Positions 11,670 through 25,032 of a stretch of 64,000 nucleotides of DNA are shown in pieces. The translations under genes were made by a program, and so were the position numbers. Position 1 is the first letter of the stretch, and every line of letters starts with the position of its first letter. This stretch comes from Chiloscyllium plagiosum. Taxonomy: Eukaryota. The notes under the pieces are model-generated. The model was not told the origin of the DNA, ran no database searches, and saw only the letters and a list, made by a program, of their open reading frames with translations. The stretch covers positions 11,884,839 through 11,948,838 of the forward strand of contig NC_057749.1 in the NCBI RefSeq assembly GCF_004010195.1. The letters are read 5' to 3'.

Positions 11670-13240
11670 CATGGGCACAATAAGATTCTTAAAGGACTTC
11701 ACAGGGTAAATGCTGAAAGGATGTTTCTCCTCATAGGAGAGTTTAGGACCAGAGAGTATAGTCACAGAATAAACGGCAGCAATTTAAAGTTGAGACAAGA
11801 AATTTGTTCTCTCAGAAGGTTAGGAGTCTTTGGAATTCCTCACCACTGAGAGCTGTGGGGGCAGAGTTCTATTGTACATTTAAGGTTAAAATAGATATTA
11901 ATCAGTAGGGGAATTGATAGTTATGGAGAAAGGTCAGGAAAATGGACATGAGGAATGTCAATCAGCCATCCTTGGAATTCAACGGAGACATTATAAGCAA
12001 GGTGGACAATGGGGACCCAGTTGATGTGGTGTTCCTAGATTTCCAAAAGGCCTTCGACAAGGTGCCGCACAAGAGGCAGCTGCATAGGGATGCATGGCTT
12101 TAGGGGATTGGTTGACTAACAGGAAACAAAGAGTAGGGATAAATTAGTGCTATTCTGGTTGGCAGTGACTCGTGGTGTGACTCAGGGATCGGTGTTGGGA
12201 CCGCCATTATTTACAATTTATGTAGATGATTCGGAGTGAGGGACCATGTGTAGTGTGTCAAAATTTGCAGATGATACTAAGATGAGTGGCAAAGTGTGCA
12301 GAGGACTTTGAAACTTTGCAGAGGAATATAGATACATTGAGTGAGTGGGCAAAGGTCTGGCAGATGGAATACAATGTTAATAAATGTGAAGTCATCAATT
12401 TTGGTAGGATTAATAGTAAAAAGGGCTACTACTTGAATGGTAAACAGTTGTAGAATGCTACGATGAGGGGGGCCTGGGTGTCCTTGTGCATGAATCTCAG
12501 GTTGGTCTGCAGGTACAACAGGTAATTAGGAAGGCAAATAGAATTTTGTTCTTCATTGTGAAAGGGATTGAGTTTAAAAGCAGGGAGGTTATGTTGCAGC
12601 TGTAACAGGGTGCTAGTGAGGCCATACCTGAAGTACTGCATGCAGTTTTGGCTCCCTTACTTGAGAAAGGATTACTGGCACTAGAGGGGGTTCACTAAAT
12701 TGATTCGAGAATGGAGGGGGTTGGCTTATGAGAAACTGAGTAGACTGGGATTACATTCACTGGAATTCAGAAGATTGGGGGGGGGGGGGGAATCTTATAG
12801 AAACATATAAAATTATGTAGGGAGTAGGTAAGATAAAAGTAGAGAGGATGTTTCCACTGGCAGGTGAAGTTCGGACAAGATGGTATAGCCTCAAGTTTAG
12901 AGGGAGCAGATTTCGGACTGAATTTAGAAGGAACTTCTTCACCCAGAAGGTTGCTCATCTAGGGAATTCCCTGCCCAGTGAAGCAGTTGATGCTACTTCA
13001 GTAAACGTTTTTAAAAGGTAAGGTAGATATTTTTTGAACAATAAAGGAATTAAGGGACATGGTGAGAGCTCTGGTAAGTGGATCTGAGTCCACGAAAAGA
13101 TCAGCCATGATCTTACTGAATGGCAGAGCAGGCTCGAAGGGCCAGACAGCCTACTCCTGCTCCTCGCTCTTATGTTCTTATCCAATTGAATTACAGAGCA
13201 CACCTTACAGCCAAACAGCCTACTCCTGTTCCTATTTCTT
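11670..13240 (+). mobile_element. CR1 LINE RT and 3' fragments
   Basis: Matches to DVVFLDFQKAFDKVPH, QGSVLGP, KFADDTK, WQMEYNV.KCEV and a CR1-type 3' tail. Confidence 0.88.
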
Positions 13241-13611
13241 AGTTTTATTAGCAAAGGTTCCATTAGACACCTACCCCTCACCAGGGTCCAGTCGCTGAGG
13301 ACACTGACTCGTGATGGGGTACAGGTTCTGCATGCATAAACCTGAGCAATGCTTAGGAGTACTGCGGATGCTGACTTGTGCTAGAATCTGAATGCCATAT
13401 GCAGGGATGTAGAGCTAAGATAGAGTTCAGCCATGATCTAACTACAAAGCTAAATGGCCTTACGTGCAGAATGCTTCAAGATGTGCAAAACCTGGAGCAG
13501 TAAAAGAAAAATCTCAGGTGTTCAAAACTGAACTGCAGCCCTTCACTAACATGACTAGAGAAACTGGAAATATCCTCGTGTAGGGTTTCTCTTCTTGCAG
13601 CACGTTCCTAC

Positions 13612-13681
13612 CTGATATACTCCAGCCACCGGGTGTTTTCCAATAAGGACAGCCACTTCTCATCTGTTTCTTCAAATAAAT
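13612..13681 (-). CDS. MTMR10: MTMR10 exon 11
   Basis: 70 nt, (D)LFEETDEKWLSLLENTRWLEYI(R); AG/GT. Confidence 0.92.
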
Positions 13682-14168
13682 CTACAGTGAGGCAGATTAC
13701 ATTCACGTGATTATTTGCTACTTAATTCAAAAGGTTGATGACTCTTGCAAATGTTTGGAAGTAAGGTGTTTTCTGGTAAATGAAATTGCTAATATCTAAC
13801 TCAGTTCTACAATGAAGCTCAACATGCAGTCACTGCATCAAATAATCAGCTCACTTTTAATGTCAATAAAATCGTTGTCCTTTTACAAGATCAGGAGTGG
13901 CAGGAGGGGAACGGAGTTAAGAGATAGGTAGAAGAAATAAAGTAAGACTACACAGCCATAGTGAGAGGACTAGATAAGTTGATCAAAGGGTTGGTCACAA
14001 TAATCAGGTTTTGTTGAAGTCTTTTAAAGATGGGAAAGTTTTTTGGGTGAGGGGGAGCAAAGAGTTCAGAGAGAATGAGAAAAAGTTTAAGGAGGGTAGA
14101 GTTTGGGGAGAAAAAAAATAGAAAAACACAGGGTCAGCCTAAACTGGAACTGGTCAGAGACACATGGA

Positions 14169-14262
14169 GGGGGGGGGGGGGGGGGGGGGGAAGAGAGGAG
14201 AGAGAGAAAGTGAGAGCGAGACAGACAGACAGAAAGAGCAAGACAGAGAGAGAGCAAGAGAG
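14169..14262. repeat. Poly-G run followed by (GA)n/(GACA)n low-complexity tract
   Basis: About 22 G, then GAGA/GACA repeats. Confidence 0.85.
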
Positions 14263-14499
14263 AAAAATGCATCTGCCTACACCAGTTCAGGGATCAACAG
14301 AAATATTCATGTTATTGCCTAACTTCCCTAAACCAGTCAGTCAGTGAAGCAGTGCCACACCAATACGGAAACTAAGGGAAATGCAAACAAATTCCCTGCT
14401 CCAACACAATCACACAAAAATATAAAGTCTTACCAAACTTGGTCAGTAAAGCACACACAAGTAATAAACAATATTGGAAAGTCCTGAATCGCACCTCAC

Positions 14500-14630
14500 C
14501 ATTAATGCACAGTTGCTTGAGTCTCATCAATGCTGCCTGCACCTCTGATATATTTGGCAAGCTCTTATCCAAATCAGATTTAAATACTTCACTCTTGTCT
14601 GGATGACTCTGTGCTATTGCCTTGAGGATC
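14500..14630 (-). CDS. MTMR10: MTMR10 exon 10
   Basis: 131 nt, ILKAIAQSHPDKSEVFKSDLDKSLPNISEVQAALMRLKQLCIN; AG and GTGAG. Confidence 0.92.
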
Positions 14631-14873
14631 CTATTTAAAGGGAAAATAGTTAAGCAGGTAGCACTCTGCTCAAGACAGACAAAATGCATTTATTTTCCAA
14701 GCAGTAGACATTTCTGCTACATTCCAACAATAATGTTGCCGACTTTGCTAACACATAAGCAGCAAAAATACTGCCATCCCAGTGAGAACCAGCACCCATA
14801 GGAATGATGCCCCAGTGACAGCCAGCACCTGTTGGGAAAGGCAATGGCCTAGCGGTATTATCATTAGAATTTT

Positions 14874-15188
14874 GGGGCCGCACGGTGGCTCAGTGGTTAG
14901 CACTGCTACCTCACAGCACCAGGATCCCAGGTTCAATTCCAGCCTCGGGTGACTATATGTGAAGTATGCACATTCTCCCTGTATCTGCCTGGGTTTCCTC
15001 CGGGTGCTCCGGTTTCCTCCCACACTCTAAAGATGCAGTTCAGGTGAACTGGCCATGCTAAGTTGCCCATAGTGTTAGGTGCATTAGTTAGAGGGGAAAT
15101 GGGTCTGGGTGGGTTACTCTTCGGAGGGTCAGAATGGATTGGTTGGGCTGAAGTGCCTGTTTCCGCACTGCAGGGAATCTATTCTAAA
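14874..15188 (+). mobile_element. tRNA-derived V-SINE (HE1-like)
   Basis: A box TGGCTCAGTGG, B box GGTTCAATTCC, V-domain GCACATTCTCCC...GGGTTTCCTCCGGGTGCTCCGGTTTCCTCCCAC, AATCT-type tail. Confidence 0.88.
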
Positions 15189-15477
15189 CTGTGTCCCACT
15201 GAGAGTCAGTGTCGGCTATATGTACATTGACTTAACTATGTATATAACAAAAAAAAAATTGCAAAAGCATACTAAAACCTGAAATCTATGAAACTTTGAC
15301 TCAGTTCTAAGGAACAGTGTTTGAAACTGAAGCAAATGAGCGTGCATAAGTTCAGGAAAACCCAATGAAGAAATGGACGTTGTGGTTATTGTTGACTTAT
15401 TTGAAATAATTGGATCATGTTGAAAATTAATCATCTGTGCTGTTCTGCGGGTATAGAGAGAGTTATTGTCTTCTTAC

Positions 15478-15566
15478 CTTGTGTTGTGTTTTCTCAGCTT
15501 TGGCCCGGGTTTAATGTTGGCCATTCTCACCAGGGAACTGCCAGTCCAGTGATGCCAGCACCACAT
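15478..15566 (-). CDS. MTMR10: MTMR10 exon 9
   Basis: 89 nt, MWCWHHWTGSSLVRMANIKPGPKLRKHNT(R); AG and GTAAG. Confidence 0.92.
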
Positions 15567-15821
15567 CTGCAAATAATTAGACAAAACCAAACTTTTCAAG
15601 TCAATCACAATTCCTTCAAACATGCAGCACTCTCAAACTGCAATCATTTCACAAACAGTAAACTGTGCTCATCGTCATATGCAAAGTTCTCCTGCTTTAA
15701 TAAAAGGTTTGACAATTCAGTTACTTTACAAACTGAAGGAGGAGCTATTTATTTGGATTTGAATTACAGGCCTCACACATGCAGAGTCACTGAGAGAAAA
15801 ACATTTTCAATTGAGGATAAT

Positions 15822-15925
15822 AAAACAAAGATGAAGAAGGGTCGCCAGACTCGAAACGTTAACTTTGTTTTCTTCCCAAAGATGATGCCAGATCTGCTAG
15901 CAATTTCTGTTTTTGTTTCAGATCT
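15822..15925 (+). mobile_element. Older hammerhead-like element remnant (family C)
   Basis: ATGAAGA-AGGGTC-GCCA-GACTC-GAAACGTT at 15831-15860, flanked by complementary AAAACAAAG and CTTTGTTTT. Confidence 0.55.
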
Positions 15926-16222
15926 TCATTCCAGATCTTCCCTCCACCTCTCCCTAGACACTTCCCATGGACCAAGTGCCTGCATCAAAGTACATTTTGT
16001 CAGAACAATCGCCATATTTCAGATCAGAATTTTCTGACTGAATTTCCAAATCTTACTAACCTCTCAGACTGATCAGTACACATTAACCTGCAGTATAAAT
16101 ACTGTTTGAAGGAGCTCACTCCTTGATATGTTGTACTGTGCTCCATACTCTCCTTCAAACTGGAGATCTGGATGCTACTGTAAAACAAAGGCTTGTGAAC
16201 TAAAAATGCAGCAAGCACCCAC

Positions 16223-16310
16223 CGGGATTCGGTCACCGTTGAAAGAAGGAACCAACTGTTTCAAGTCTTCATCCGCCAGAGAAGAGGGTACAACAAAGTA
16301 CTCTGGAAGG
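16223..16310 (-). CDS. MTMR10: MTMR10 exon 8
   Basis: 88 nt, LPEYFVVPSSLADEDLKQLVPSFNGDRIP; AG/GT. Confidence 0.92.
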
Positions 16311-16533
16311 CTATAAACACAACTGGATTAACATAATAGCATGGTTCGCAAAGCATATGCTTCTTTCAACTCTACAATGAGAACAATAAAGGAAATAACC
16401 CGGATTATCACCCATTCTCCCTGATGCCCAGCTTCTTATTAAATCATGCTCTTTAAATCACACTGAAATACAATCACATTTCACATTGACACACTTCTCC
16501 ATGCCACAGTCCATGTTTTTTAAGTTTGCCTAC

Positions 16534-16684
16534 CTTGTGGAAGTGGCATAGTGCTCATTGACAGAACAAACTCTCCACTCCGATGCCCCTGTCCGCTTTA
16601 TCTCCCTATCCCAGTCAGAGTAGGTTTCAAACAGTGAGGTCTGCAATCCATCCAATTCCAAGTCTGTTCCATTGACCTTGTTAA
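16534..16684 (-). CDS. MTMR10: MTMR10 exon 7
   Basis: 151 nt, NKVNGTDLELDGLQTSLFETYSDWDREIKRTGASEWRVCSVNEHYATST; AG/GT. Confidence 0.92.
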
Positions 16685-16889
16685 CTAAGAGAAGATGATC
16701 ATGGCTTAGAGACTTTTACATCAGAGACGGGAATCTGTAACTGTAATCAAGCATTGATACCAGATCAAGCTATTCCCCAACCACACATAGCAGCTTTACA
16801 AAAAAAATTCTTCTCATGATAAGAGAGAGTTGCTCTTTTGTTCCAGTTCCTACGCTGACCACATTTTGAAGTGTAAGGCACAAATTTAG

Positions 16890-18740
16890 CATCAGTGCTG
16901 GGAAACCATTGGAAAACATTCTGAGGGACAGAAATTTTAATCTCAATTTAGAGGAGAAAGTGAGGGCTGCAGATGCTGGAGATCAGAGCTGAAAATGTGT
17001 TGCTGGAAAAGAAGAATTAATCAAGGAGAAACAGCATTGCTTTGAGAGGGGGCGATCATGCCTGACAGGTTTGGTTGAGTTTATTGAAGTAACTGGGTGT
17101 GTGAATGATAGTATTGCAGTGGATATCATCTATATAGACTATGGCAGACCATAGATGTAGATAGCTTCCCAGTGGAGATCATGAAGAGCACGAGATTTCT
17201 TGGTGTACACCTGGTGCAGAATCTCACCTGGACCCTCAACACCAGCTCCATAGACAAGAAAGCAATGAGCATCTCTGCTTTTGATGCAAGTTGAGGAAAG
17301 CCCACCTCCCACCCCCAATCCTCACCACATTCTACAATGGGTTCATTGATAGTACCCTCAGCTGCTGCATCACTGCCTGGTTCGGGAACTGCACCATCTT
17401 GGATTGTAAGACCCTGCAACGGAGTGTGAGATGATCATCGGGGTCTCTCTTTCCCCCCCCCTACATTCGGACCACACGCTGAATCTGAAAGGCTAAGAGC
17501 ATTGTGGAAGACCCCACATAACCCTCACTCAAACTCTTTTCCCTCCTGCCATCTGGCAGAAGATACCAGAGCATTCAGTCTCTCACGGCCAGACTGCGCA
17601 ATAGTTTCTTCCTGCAAACCATCAGGCTCCTTAACACAGTATTAATCGGACTCTTTCCCATCTGAAATTCAATGCATGACTTCGAAATGCTGCTGGAAAA
17701 GTGTTTATTATTTATCATACTTCTATTACAGTGTAACTTGTGTGTTTTGCACTTCTTATGCACTTTATGTCATGTATGCGTGTGTAGTTTGTGCTGTCCA
17801 TGTAACAGCTATGGTCTTGAAAGAACGCTGTCGCATTTTTACTGTATCAGTTGTATATGACAAATAAAAAGCTACTCTACTCTAATGTTTTTGACAAGGT
17901 TCTACATAACAGACTAGTCAAGAAGGCAAAAGCCCATAGAATTTAACGAAATTTGCAAATTGGATCAAAATTGGTTTACTGAGTGTAGGCCAAAGGGTGT
18001 TTTTGTGACTGGTAGCCTGAGTCCAGAGTTGTGGACCAGTGCCAGGGATTTGGTGCCAAGTCCTTTGCTGTCTTGTAGTGTACACGAATGATCTGGTCAG
18101 GAATGTGAGGGGTTTGATCAGTAAGTTTGCAATGCCACAAAAAATTAGTAATGTGGTAAACAGCAAACTGGAAAGCCTTGAAGTAAAGGATGTTATAGAC
18201 TGGCTGGTCAGATGGACTGAAGAGTCAAATGGAATTTAATCACAATAAGTGTGAAGTGGTGTATTTTGGAGAACTAACAGAGAAACATATGTTGAATGGT
18301 AGGATCACAGGAAAGGATCAGAAGGACATTAGTGTGCATGCCCATTGATTCTTGAAAGTGGCAGGACAAGTGGATAAGATGGTTAAGGAGGCATATAGTA
18401 AACTTGCCTTTGTCAGACAAGGCACTGAGCAGGTAAGTAATGAAGAAACTGTATGCAATGTGTGGCATTGTCATCCATTTTGAGGTGTACAAAACAATGA
18501 GGCTCATAAATAGGGAAAAGATTTTCCCCTCAGTAAAGGGTCAATTACCTAGAAGGCATGGGTTGAACATTATGGCCTAGAGGTCTAGAGAGGATTTAAA
18601 GGAAAAATGTATCAAGGCAGAAACATAAAAATTTTTACATGATTGCTTGATATACCATAACATAAAAGGCGATGGTATAGGGAACCAGGACTAGAGGGGA
18701 TAGGGGTTTGTTGACCATCACAGACATTCTGCCAAAAGGC
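16890..18740 (+). mobile_element. Decayed CR1 fragment, interrupted by a family A stub (16951-17010) and a Rex/Babar element
   Basis: QHCF..GRSCLT, GLISKFA and KCEVVYFG motifs in broken frames. Confidence 0.7.
17130..17884 (+). mobile_element. Rex1/Babar-type LINE 3' fragment
   Basis: RFLGVHLVQNLTWTLNTSSI.KKA, SCCITAWFGNC, LFSLLPSGRRY; AATAAA plus (CTACT)n tail. Confidence 0.75.
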
Positions 18741-18989
18741 GTTTTTCAATGGTCTAAGACTAAGACTCATTACAGCGCCTGACCTGCACAGCTCAGTTGC
18801 TCACTGCACTTCCCATAACAGGCTGGGAAAGGGGTTTTGGGAAACCTGCTTACTCAGCAAATGGAATTGTTGTCAAATACAATCTACTTGATAGAAGATG
18901 AGATTCACTGAAGTAGTTAGACTGACTGAGGGCAAACTACATCAAAACAGTACAATGTCTGCAATGCACTGGCATTCTCACTGCCTTAC

Positions 18990-19080
18990 CTGAATTCTGG
19001 CATTTTTCCCTGGCATATGCAAACCCAAACAGCAGCTGGAGATCTTTCGGCTGAGAGTAATGTGCAATCACAAGACAGAT
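18990..19080 (-). CDS. MTMR10: MTMR10 exon 6
   Basis: 91 nt, ICLVIAHYSQPKDLQLLFGFAYAREKCQNS; AG and GTAAG. Confidence 0.92.
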
Positions 19081-19199
19081 CTGGAACAAAAGAGGAATCC
19101 AAAGTTAAGTCCGCAGAAACTGAACCTCTTTCTCACCAACAGCACAGCTGTAAGGAAAGAGCTTCACAATTTGGCCTAAACTCTCTCCAACCATCACAA

Positions 19200-19790
19200 T
19201 TATAACTCCAACATCATCATTCAAAGGAGCTTAGATGTTAGAGAAAACAATAAGCTGCAAAAAGCGTGTCCTCTAGGTTTCATCAGGATCTAGCTTGATT
19301 CTTCTCCTGGTCCAATAGCATTTCTAACTCACAATAAGTTCTATCCATCAATCACACCTCTGCTTGCCCTACCTAATATCCTTATCCCATCCAGCAGCAA
19401 ATTAAATTCAAAATTCTCATCCTTTGCTTCAAAACCCTCCATAGCATCAACCCTTCCTATCTTAGCAGTTCCCTCCAGCCCCAAGCCTCCGAGATCTTTG
19501 TGCTCATCAACTTTAGACTTTGAACATTCCTAATTTAAACTGTGCCATGACTGATGCTTTGCATGCAGCTGCCCAAATCCTAAGCTCTGGAATTCCCTCC
19601 ATAAAACTCATCACTTCTCTCCCTATCTTTAAGACGTTTCTTTTAAAACTTACTATTTTTAAACAAACTTTTTGTCACCTGCCCTCCTACTTCCTTGTGG
19701 TTCAAAGATAAGCTCTTTCAGATAATCCAGTAAAATACTTTATGATATCTAACCACATTAAAAGGTGCTCTAGAAGTAAATTGTTGCAGA
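19200..19790 (+). mobile_element. L2 LINE 3' remnant
   Basis: ITP.L...P..Q.I.FKILIL.FK.LH...P.YL motif and LWNSLP, typical of the L2 ORF2 end. Confidence 0.6.
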
Positions 19791-20974
19791 TGTCAGAACA
19801 CCCAGCATCCAAGATAGATGGCACCTTACCACTATTTCTGTTCTGTATCAGTCTACTAGACTCTCAATGTCAAGTTTACATCCCATTCTTTTGCAGTTAA
19901 CCCTCAAAACTTGGTATTTAATATCAGTGCAATCCCTCCTCCTTCAAAATATGCAGACAAAATCATACAGCTTCAGTTCATCATAGCGATAGTGGCTCTA
20001 CGGTAAAGTTAGTTCTCAGTCCATAATCACATGGCAATCCAGTTTGGTAATTTTATGGAATACAAGGCATTTTAAGTAGAATAGTGTTGAGAAAAATAAA
20101 CAGTAGAGGCAGTGCTCCCATTTAGAGGAGTGCACTCAACATTCCCACTGGCCATGGGCAGGATTTCAGTTTTGAATTATATATTCCAACACACCGACCG
20201 AAAATAACTGAGCTGCAAAAAAATGACTCATGCTTAGCGGTAACCAATCAGCTGCCCTTCACCATCCAATGATGCTACCTCTTGCAGGGAGTCTCAGGTA
20301 CCTCATTCCAGTAGCCACTGGACAGTTCGCAACAATATGACATTCACTCGGGGACAGAGAGGCCTAATCCTACCATAATCTAATGTACAATTTTCAGCAG
20401 GGATCACAGAACAGTAATGACAATCCTAACTAATTCTACTTTCTTCCCCTCTCACCCATACTTTGAAAACTAAGGAAGCCCCTGCTTCGTGGTTCTGCAG
20501 GTTTTTGAAAGTTACGTTTCCATAATCATCCAGCAAATGCCTTGCTTAGGAATGTTCAGCAAACACTAAAGAAAAGCTAATATTTCAGTATGTGTTTTCA
20601 TCCACTTTGACCACCTTCTCCACAAATGCAGTCACGATGAAGAAAGGTCAATTAGTCACAGCCTGCAAGTAAACAGTTAAAAGTGAACACTAGAATGGAG
20701 GCCTCCTGTCACAGTAGCAATTCCTGACATGCACAAAGAGCTTTTTATGTATAGCACATGATCACTCCTCCACTACTCCAGGCTCTTTCAGTTTTATTAT
20801 ACATACAATACAATCACTGCCATTCATCAAGAGAACAGCTACACATCAAGACAGGAGAGCCCTGTTTTGACTGCCAGGTCTCCATTTTCATTCTTGTCAA
20901 TTACTTCATCTACTTGGTTTGTACAATCACTATCCAAGGCCACACAGTGCCCATCACACCCAGGTACTATTCAC

Positions 20975-21117
20975 CTTTCTGGCTGATTCTGGAACAGACT
21001 CATCAAAACGGAAGCGAATGATACGGAAATCCTTGCAGTAGATGATCAGCTCAGTAGGTTTAAACTTCAGGCGCTGATTAGGCCCCAAAACCTTCCTCTT
21101 CTTCCTCTCATCATTCA
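20975..21117 (-). CDS. MTMR10: MTMR10 exon 5 (PH-GRAM domain)
   Basis: 143 nt, (V)NDERKKRKVLGPNQRLKFKPTELIIYCKDFRIIRFRFDESVPESARK; AG/GT. Confidence 0.93.
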
Positions 21118-21961
21118 CTGGATGAAGAAAAGGTGGGATGTTAAACGCACAGGTGGTTAGAGCCAACTCCACTGAACCCCTCTTTCAAAGACAGACAGGT
21201 CAAGTGAAAAATACATGACACATACCTGCAATTTTATATGGCCTACTTTTTTGAATAAAAGCAACAAGCAGCAGCTCCTCTGAGAATGTACAGACTTCAT
21301 TCAATGTCTGCAGTTGTCTTTTCCATTTAAGAGAAGCAAGTTTCCAAAAGCATATGAATTGCCAAACAGAAAGTACATTTTCTTGTACTTTAATTTAGTC
21401 GAAAACCTACATTTATTTCATACTTCACAATTCTTAACCTGATTCTATTTAGTACCAACACATTCTGTATACAACAGCACAAAGGGTGAAAGATCATGAC
21501 TTACAATACCGGCTAACATCAAGGACCAAAGCAGCCTTGGAGAAGAGGGAAATCTGGAGCAACAGTCTTGGTAAGACCATGCTTGGGCTTTCAAAGGCTG
21601 TGGATTTTGAGCGAAAAGGAGACTGGGGAAGATGAGACACGAGAAGTGAGTGCGATGTTAAAAAGCTGCACAATGAAGACTTCTTTTAACGTAGAAAGGA
21701 AGGTGAGGAACAGTATATGGAAAACAGCTGTTTAAGAGGCTGAAAAGGGTATGCAAATGCAGATGGAGCAATGTAATTGTGAGGAAAAAAACCTGGAAGC
21801 ATGATAGAATTCTAAAAGTGACACCAAGTATAAGGATGAGATTAAAAGGACCTGCATTCCCTCCACAGCTGATAGCAATCCACTGGCCTGCAGGGCACTG
21901 AGCCCCAGATCCTAACATTCCAAGACCCCATTCCTCCTGGGCAAACCTGCATTTGAAGGAT

Positions 21962-23670
21962 TTTAGTTTATTCGTTCAAGAGAAAAGAGTATTCTGCTTT
22001 GGCTAACATTTATTGCTAATCCCTAACTGCCCTGAAAAGTTGGTGATTTGCTGCCTCTTGAACCACTGCAGTGTTTGGCACTTAGGGACCCCAGGGTGTT
22101 TTAAAGGAGGGAGTTTTGGGGCTTGGACCCAGTGTCACTTAAGAACAACGATATATTTCCAAATCAGGATTGCTGTGAGACTTTAAAGGGGAATTTGCAG
22201 GTGCTGGAGTTCCCATGGATCTGCTGCTCTCGTCTGTTTAGGTGGCAGATTTGGAAGGAGCCTGAGTAGGTTACTGCATTATATCTTCAAGGTGCTACAC
22301 ACTGCTGCTGTTTTGTAGGGATCCTTGATACCACACTCAGGCAAACGTTGTGCGCTGTCAGCCTCAGCAGCCAAGTGATTCGGGTGGAGCCGGGGAGAGG
22401 GGAAGATGCAGTGAGAGAGAGAGAGCGCGAGCGAGAGCGAGAGCGAGAAAGAAAATAAAAGAGAGAAATAGTGGTGGTTGCACCCGAGAGTCACCATGCC
22501 TCAGGTGAGAGGAGAGGTTGAGATGGACAGTCCTTCATGACTTACCTGAGCAGAATGTGTGACAACATCTTGCATTGGTTTACTGATGATCGAGAGTGGA
22601 CTGAGGGTTGGAGGGAGTCTAATTGAATGGGTTGGATTTGTCCTGCTTTGTATGGACAGGACATACCTAGTAAATCTTCCACATTGTTAGGTAGGTAACA
22701 TATTGCAGTTGTACTGGAACAGCTTAGCTAGGGGCAAGGCTTGTTCTAGAGCACAGGTTTTCAGTACAATTCTGGGATGTCATATGGGCCCAGAGCACCC
22801 AATGTTTTCAGCCATTTCTTGATATTTGTGGAGTGAATCAAGTTGGTTAAAGACTGTTTTGTGATGTTGGGAACCTCTGGAGGAGGCCAGGATGCATCGT
22901 TCATTTGACACTTCTGGCTGAAGATGGATGCAAATGGGTTAGCCTGATCTTTAGTGTTCATGTGCTGGGCTTCCCCACTGTTGAGGATGGGGATATTTGT
23001 GAAGCTCCACCTCTTGTTGGCTATTTAATTGCTCACCACCATCACAACTAGATGTAGCAGGACTGAGGGTATGGATCTGGTCAACTGGTTGTGATATTGC
23101 TTAGCTGCATCTATTGCATACTATTTATGTGGTTTAGAATGGAGGTAGTCCCATTTGGTAGCTTCACCAGATTAACACATTTTTATGTATGCCTGATGCT
23201 GCTGCTGGCCTACCTTCCTTCACTCTTCATTGATTCAACTCAATGATAATAATAGAGCAGGGGATGCCAAGTCATGGCAATAAATATAACTGCTGATGAT
23301 GAGTGCCTGGTATTGAGTCGCTGGATCAGTTTGAAATCTATCCCATTAGCAAAGTGATAGGACAACATTATATATCATCCTTGATATGAAAGTGGAACTG
23401 TGATTCCACAATGACTGTGTAATGGTCATGTCTGCTAACACCATTGTGGACAGATGTACCTACAGATTGGTCAGGATGAGGTCAAGTGTATTTTTCCCTG
23501 TGTTGCTTCCCTCACCACCTGCCACAGACCCAGTCTGGCAGTTATGCACTATAGGATTGAATCAACTCAGTCAGCAGTGACATTATTGAGCCACTCTCTA
23601 CGTTGGACAATCAAGTCCCCTGCCCAAAGAACATTCTGTGTCTGTGTCACACGTAGTGCTTTCGCCATGA
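21962..23670 (-). mobile_element. Decayed CR1/L2-group LINE whose 3' tail is shared with SINE family 2
   Basis: Broken ORF2 pieces (KANPFASIFSQKC...GPYDIP); tail CATTTATTGCTAATCCCTAACTGCCC; internal (GAGAGC)n tract at 22412-22450. Confidence 0.6.
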
Positions 23671-23877
23671 TTTAATCTTCTGATGACTATTAGTTGTTTC
23701 TGAATCCAGGTCAAAAACAGAACTTCCTGTGATAACCCAAAAATCAGAGTCTTTAACAATTAATGTGGCCAATAAACACAAGTTTGAGATGACTTGTGAC
23801 CTAACCTCCTTTATTTATACCCTACAAAAGTTAAATCAGGAGGAACAAAATCAGAAAGCAACTGTAACTCAGTCACA

Positions 23878-24158
23878 GCCTTGGGCGACTGTGTGGAGTT
23901 TGCACATTCTCCCCATGTCTTCATGGGTTTCCTCCGGGTGCTCCAGTTTCCTCCCATAATCCAAAGATGTGCAGGTTAAGTGAATTGACCATTCTAAATT
24001 GCCCATAGTATTCAAGGATATGTAAATTAGGTGCATTAGTCAGAGGTAAATGTAGATTAATAGGGTAGGGGAATGGGTTTGGATGAGATAGTCTTCACAG
24101 AGTCGTGTGTGGACTTGTTGAGCCTGAAGCACCCATTTCCACACCGCAGAGATTCTAT
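23878..24158 (+). mobile_element. 5'-truncated V-SINE (HE1-like)
   Basis: GTGTGGAGTTTGCACATTCTCCCC...TCCAAAGATGTGCAGGTT core. Confidence 0.85.
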
Positions 24159-24159
24159 G

Positions 24160-24252
24160 ATTCCTGAAGAGTTACACTCGAAACATTGAGTTCTGTACCT
24201 CCTGATACTACCTGGCTTGCTATGTTCTTCCAGCCTCCTGCTTGTCTACTTA
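24160..24252 (+). mobile_element. Degenerate hammerhead-like element remnant
   Basis: TTC-CTGAAGA-GTTACACTC-GAAACATT followed by a family A-like body (CTACCTGGCTTGCT...TTCCAGC). Confidence 0.5.
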
Positions 24253-24288
24253 GCGAATAACAGAACAGACAAGTGAAGAGAACCAGAC

Positions 24289-24361
24289 CTGCTACAACCT
24301 GTTCCACACAGGTGAGAGAGATGTCATGTTCCTCCAACAGCAGGTTTCTGTACTGAAATTT
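24289..24361 (-). CDS. MTMR10: MTMR10 exon 4
   Basis: 73 nt, KFQYRNLLLEEHDISLTCVEQVVA; acceptor tttcAG, weak donor GTCTGG; phases fit. Confidence 0.9.
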
Positions 24362-24595
24362 CTGAAATTGAAACAAAGTTAGAATTAATTTCTGCCTCCC
24401 TCATAGAACAGTAAGAATGAGTAGCTTTACTCCTTAACAGTTGCAGATATCTAAATCTCAAGACAATTGAGTTGCAGCTTTACAATTTACAGCTACCTGT
24501 ACTCCCAAGCAGTGTGGCAATAAATCATCAATTGGTACAATATGAACACAATTTATAACTGTAGCGGGAGGAAATCATGTTACATTATCATGTTA

Positions 24596-25032
24596 CACTA
24601 CCAGGATGGTGCCTGGACTGGAGGGCTTATTTTATGAAGAGAGGTCGACTGAGGTCGGGCTTTTTTCATTGGAGAAAAGGAGGAGGAGGAGAGGGAACCT
24701 AATTGAGGTATACAAGATAATGAGAGGCATAGATAGAGTCGATAGCCAGAGACTATTTCCCAGGGCAGAAATGGCTAACACGAGGGGTCATAGTTTTAAG
24801 CTGGTTGAAGGAAAGTATAGGATGTCAGAGGCCGGTTCTTTACACAATTTTGAGAGAGCATGGAATGCTTTGCCAGCAGCAGTTGTGGAAGCAAGGTCAT
24901 TGGGGACATTTAAGAGACTGCTGGACATGCATATGGTCACAGAAATTTGAGGGTGCATATATGAGGATCAATGGTCAGCACAACATCATGGGCTGAAGGG
25001 CCTGTTCTGTGCTGTACTCTTCTATGTTCTAA
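24596..25032 (+). mobile_element. CR1 LINE 3' end
   Basis: MVPGLEGL.YEER..LFSLEKRR.RG.LIEVYKIM...TRGHSFKL and TTCTATGTTCTA tail. Confidence 0.9.

Noticed and set aside
15417..16037. 206-aa + strand ORF
   Set aside because: Antisense to MTMR10 exon 9, non-ATG start, runs through a repeat remnant, and has no recognisable domain.
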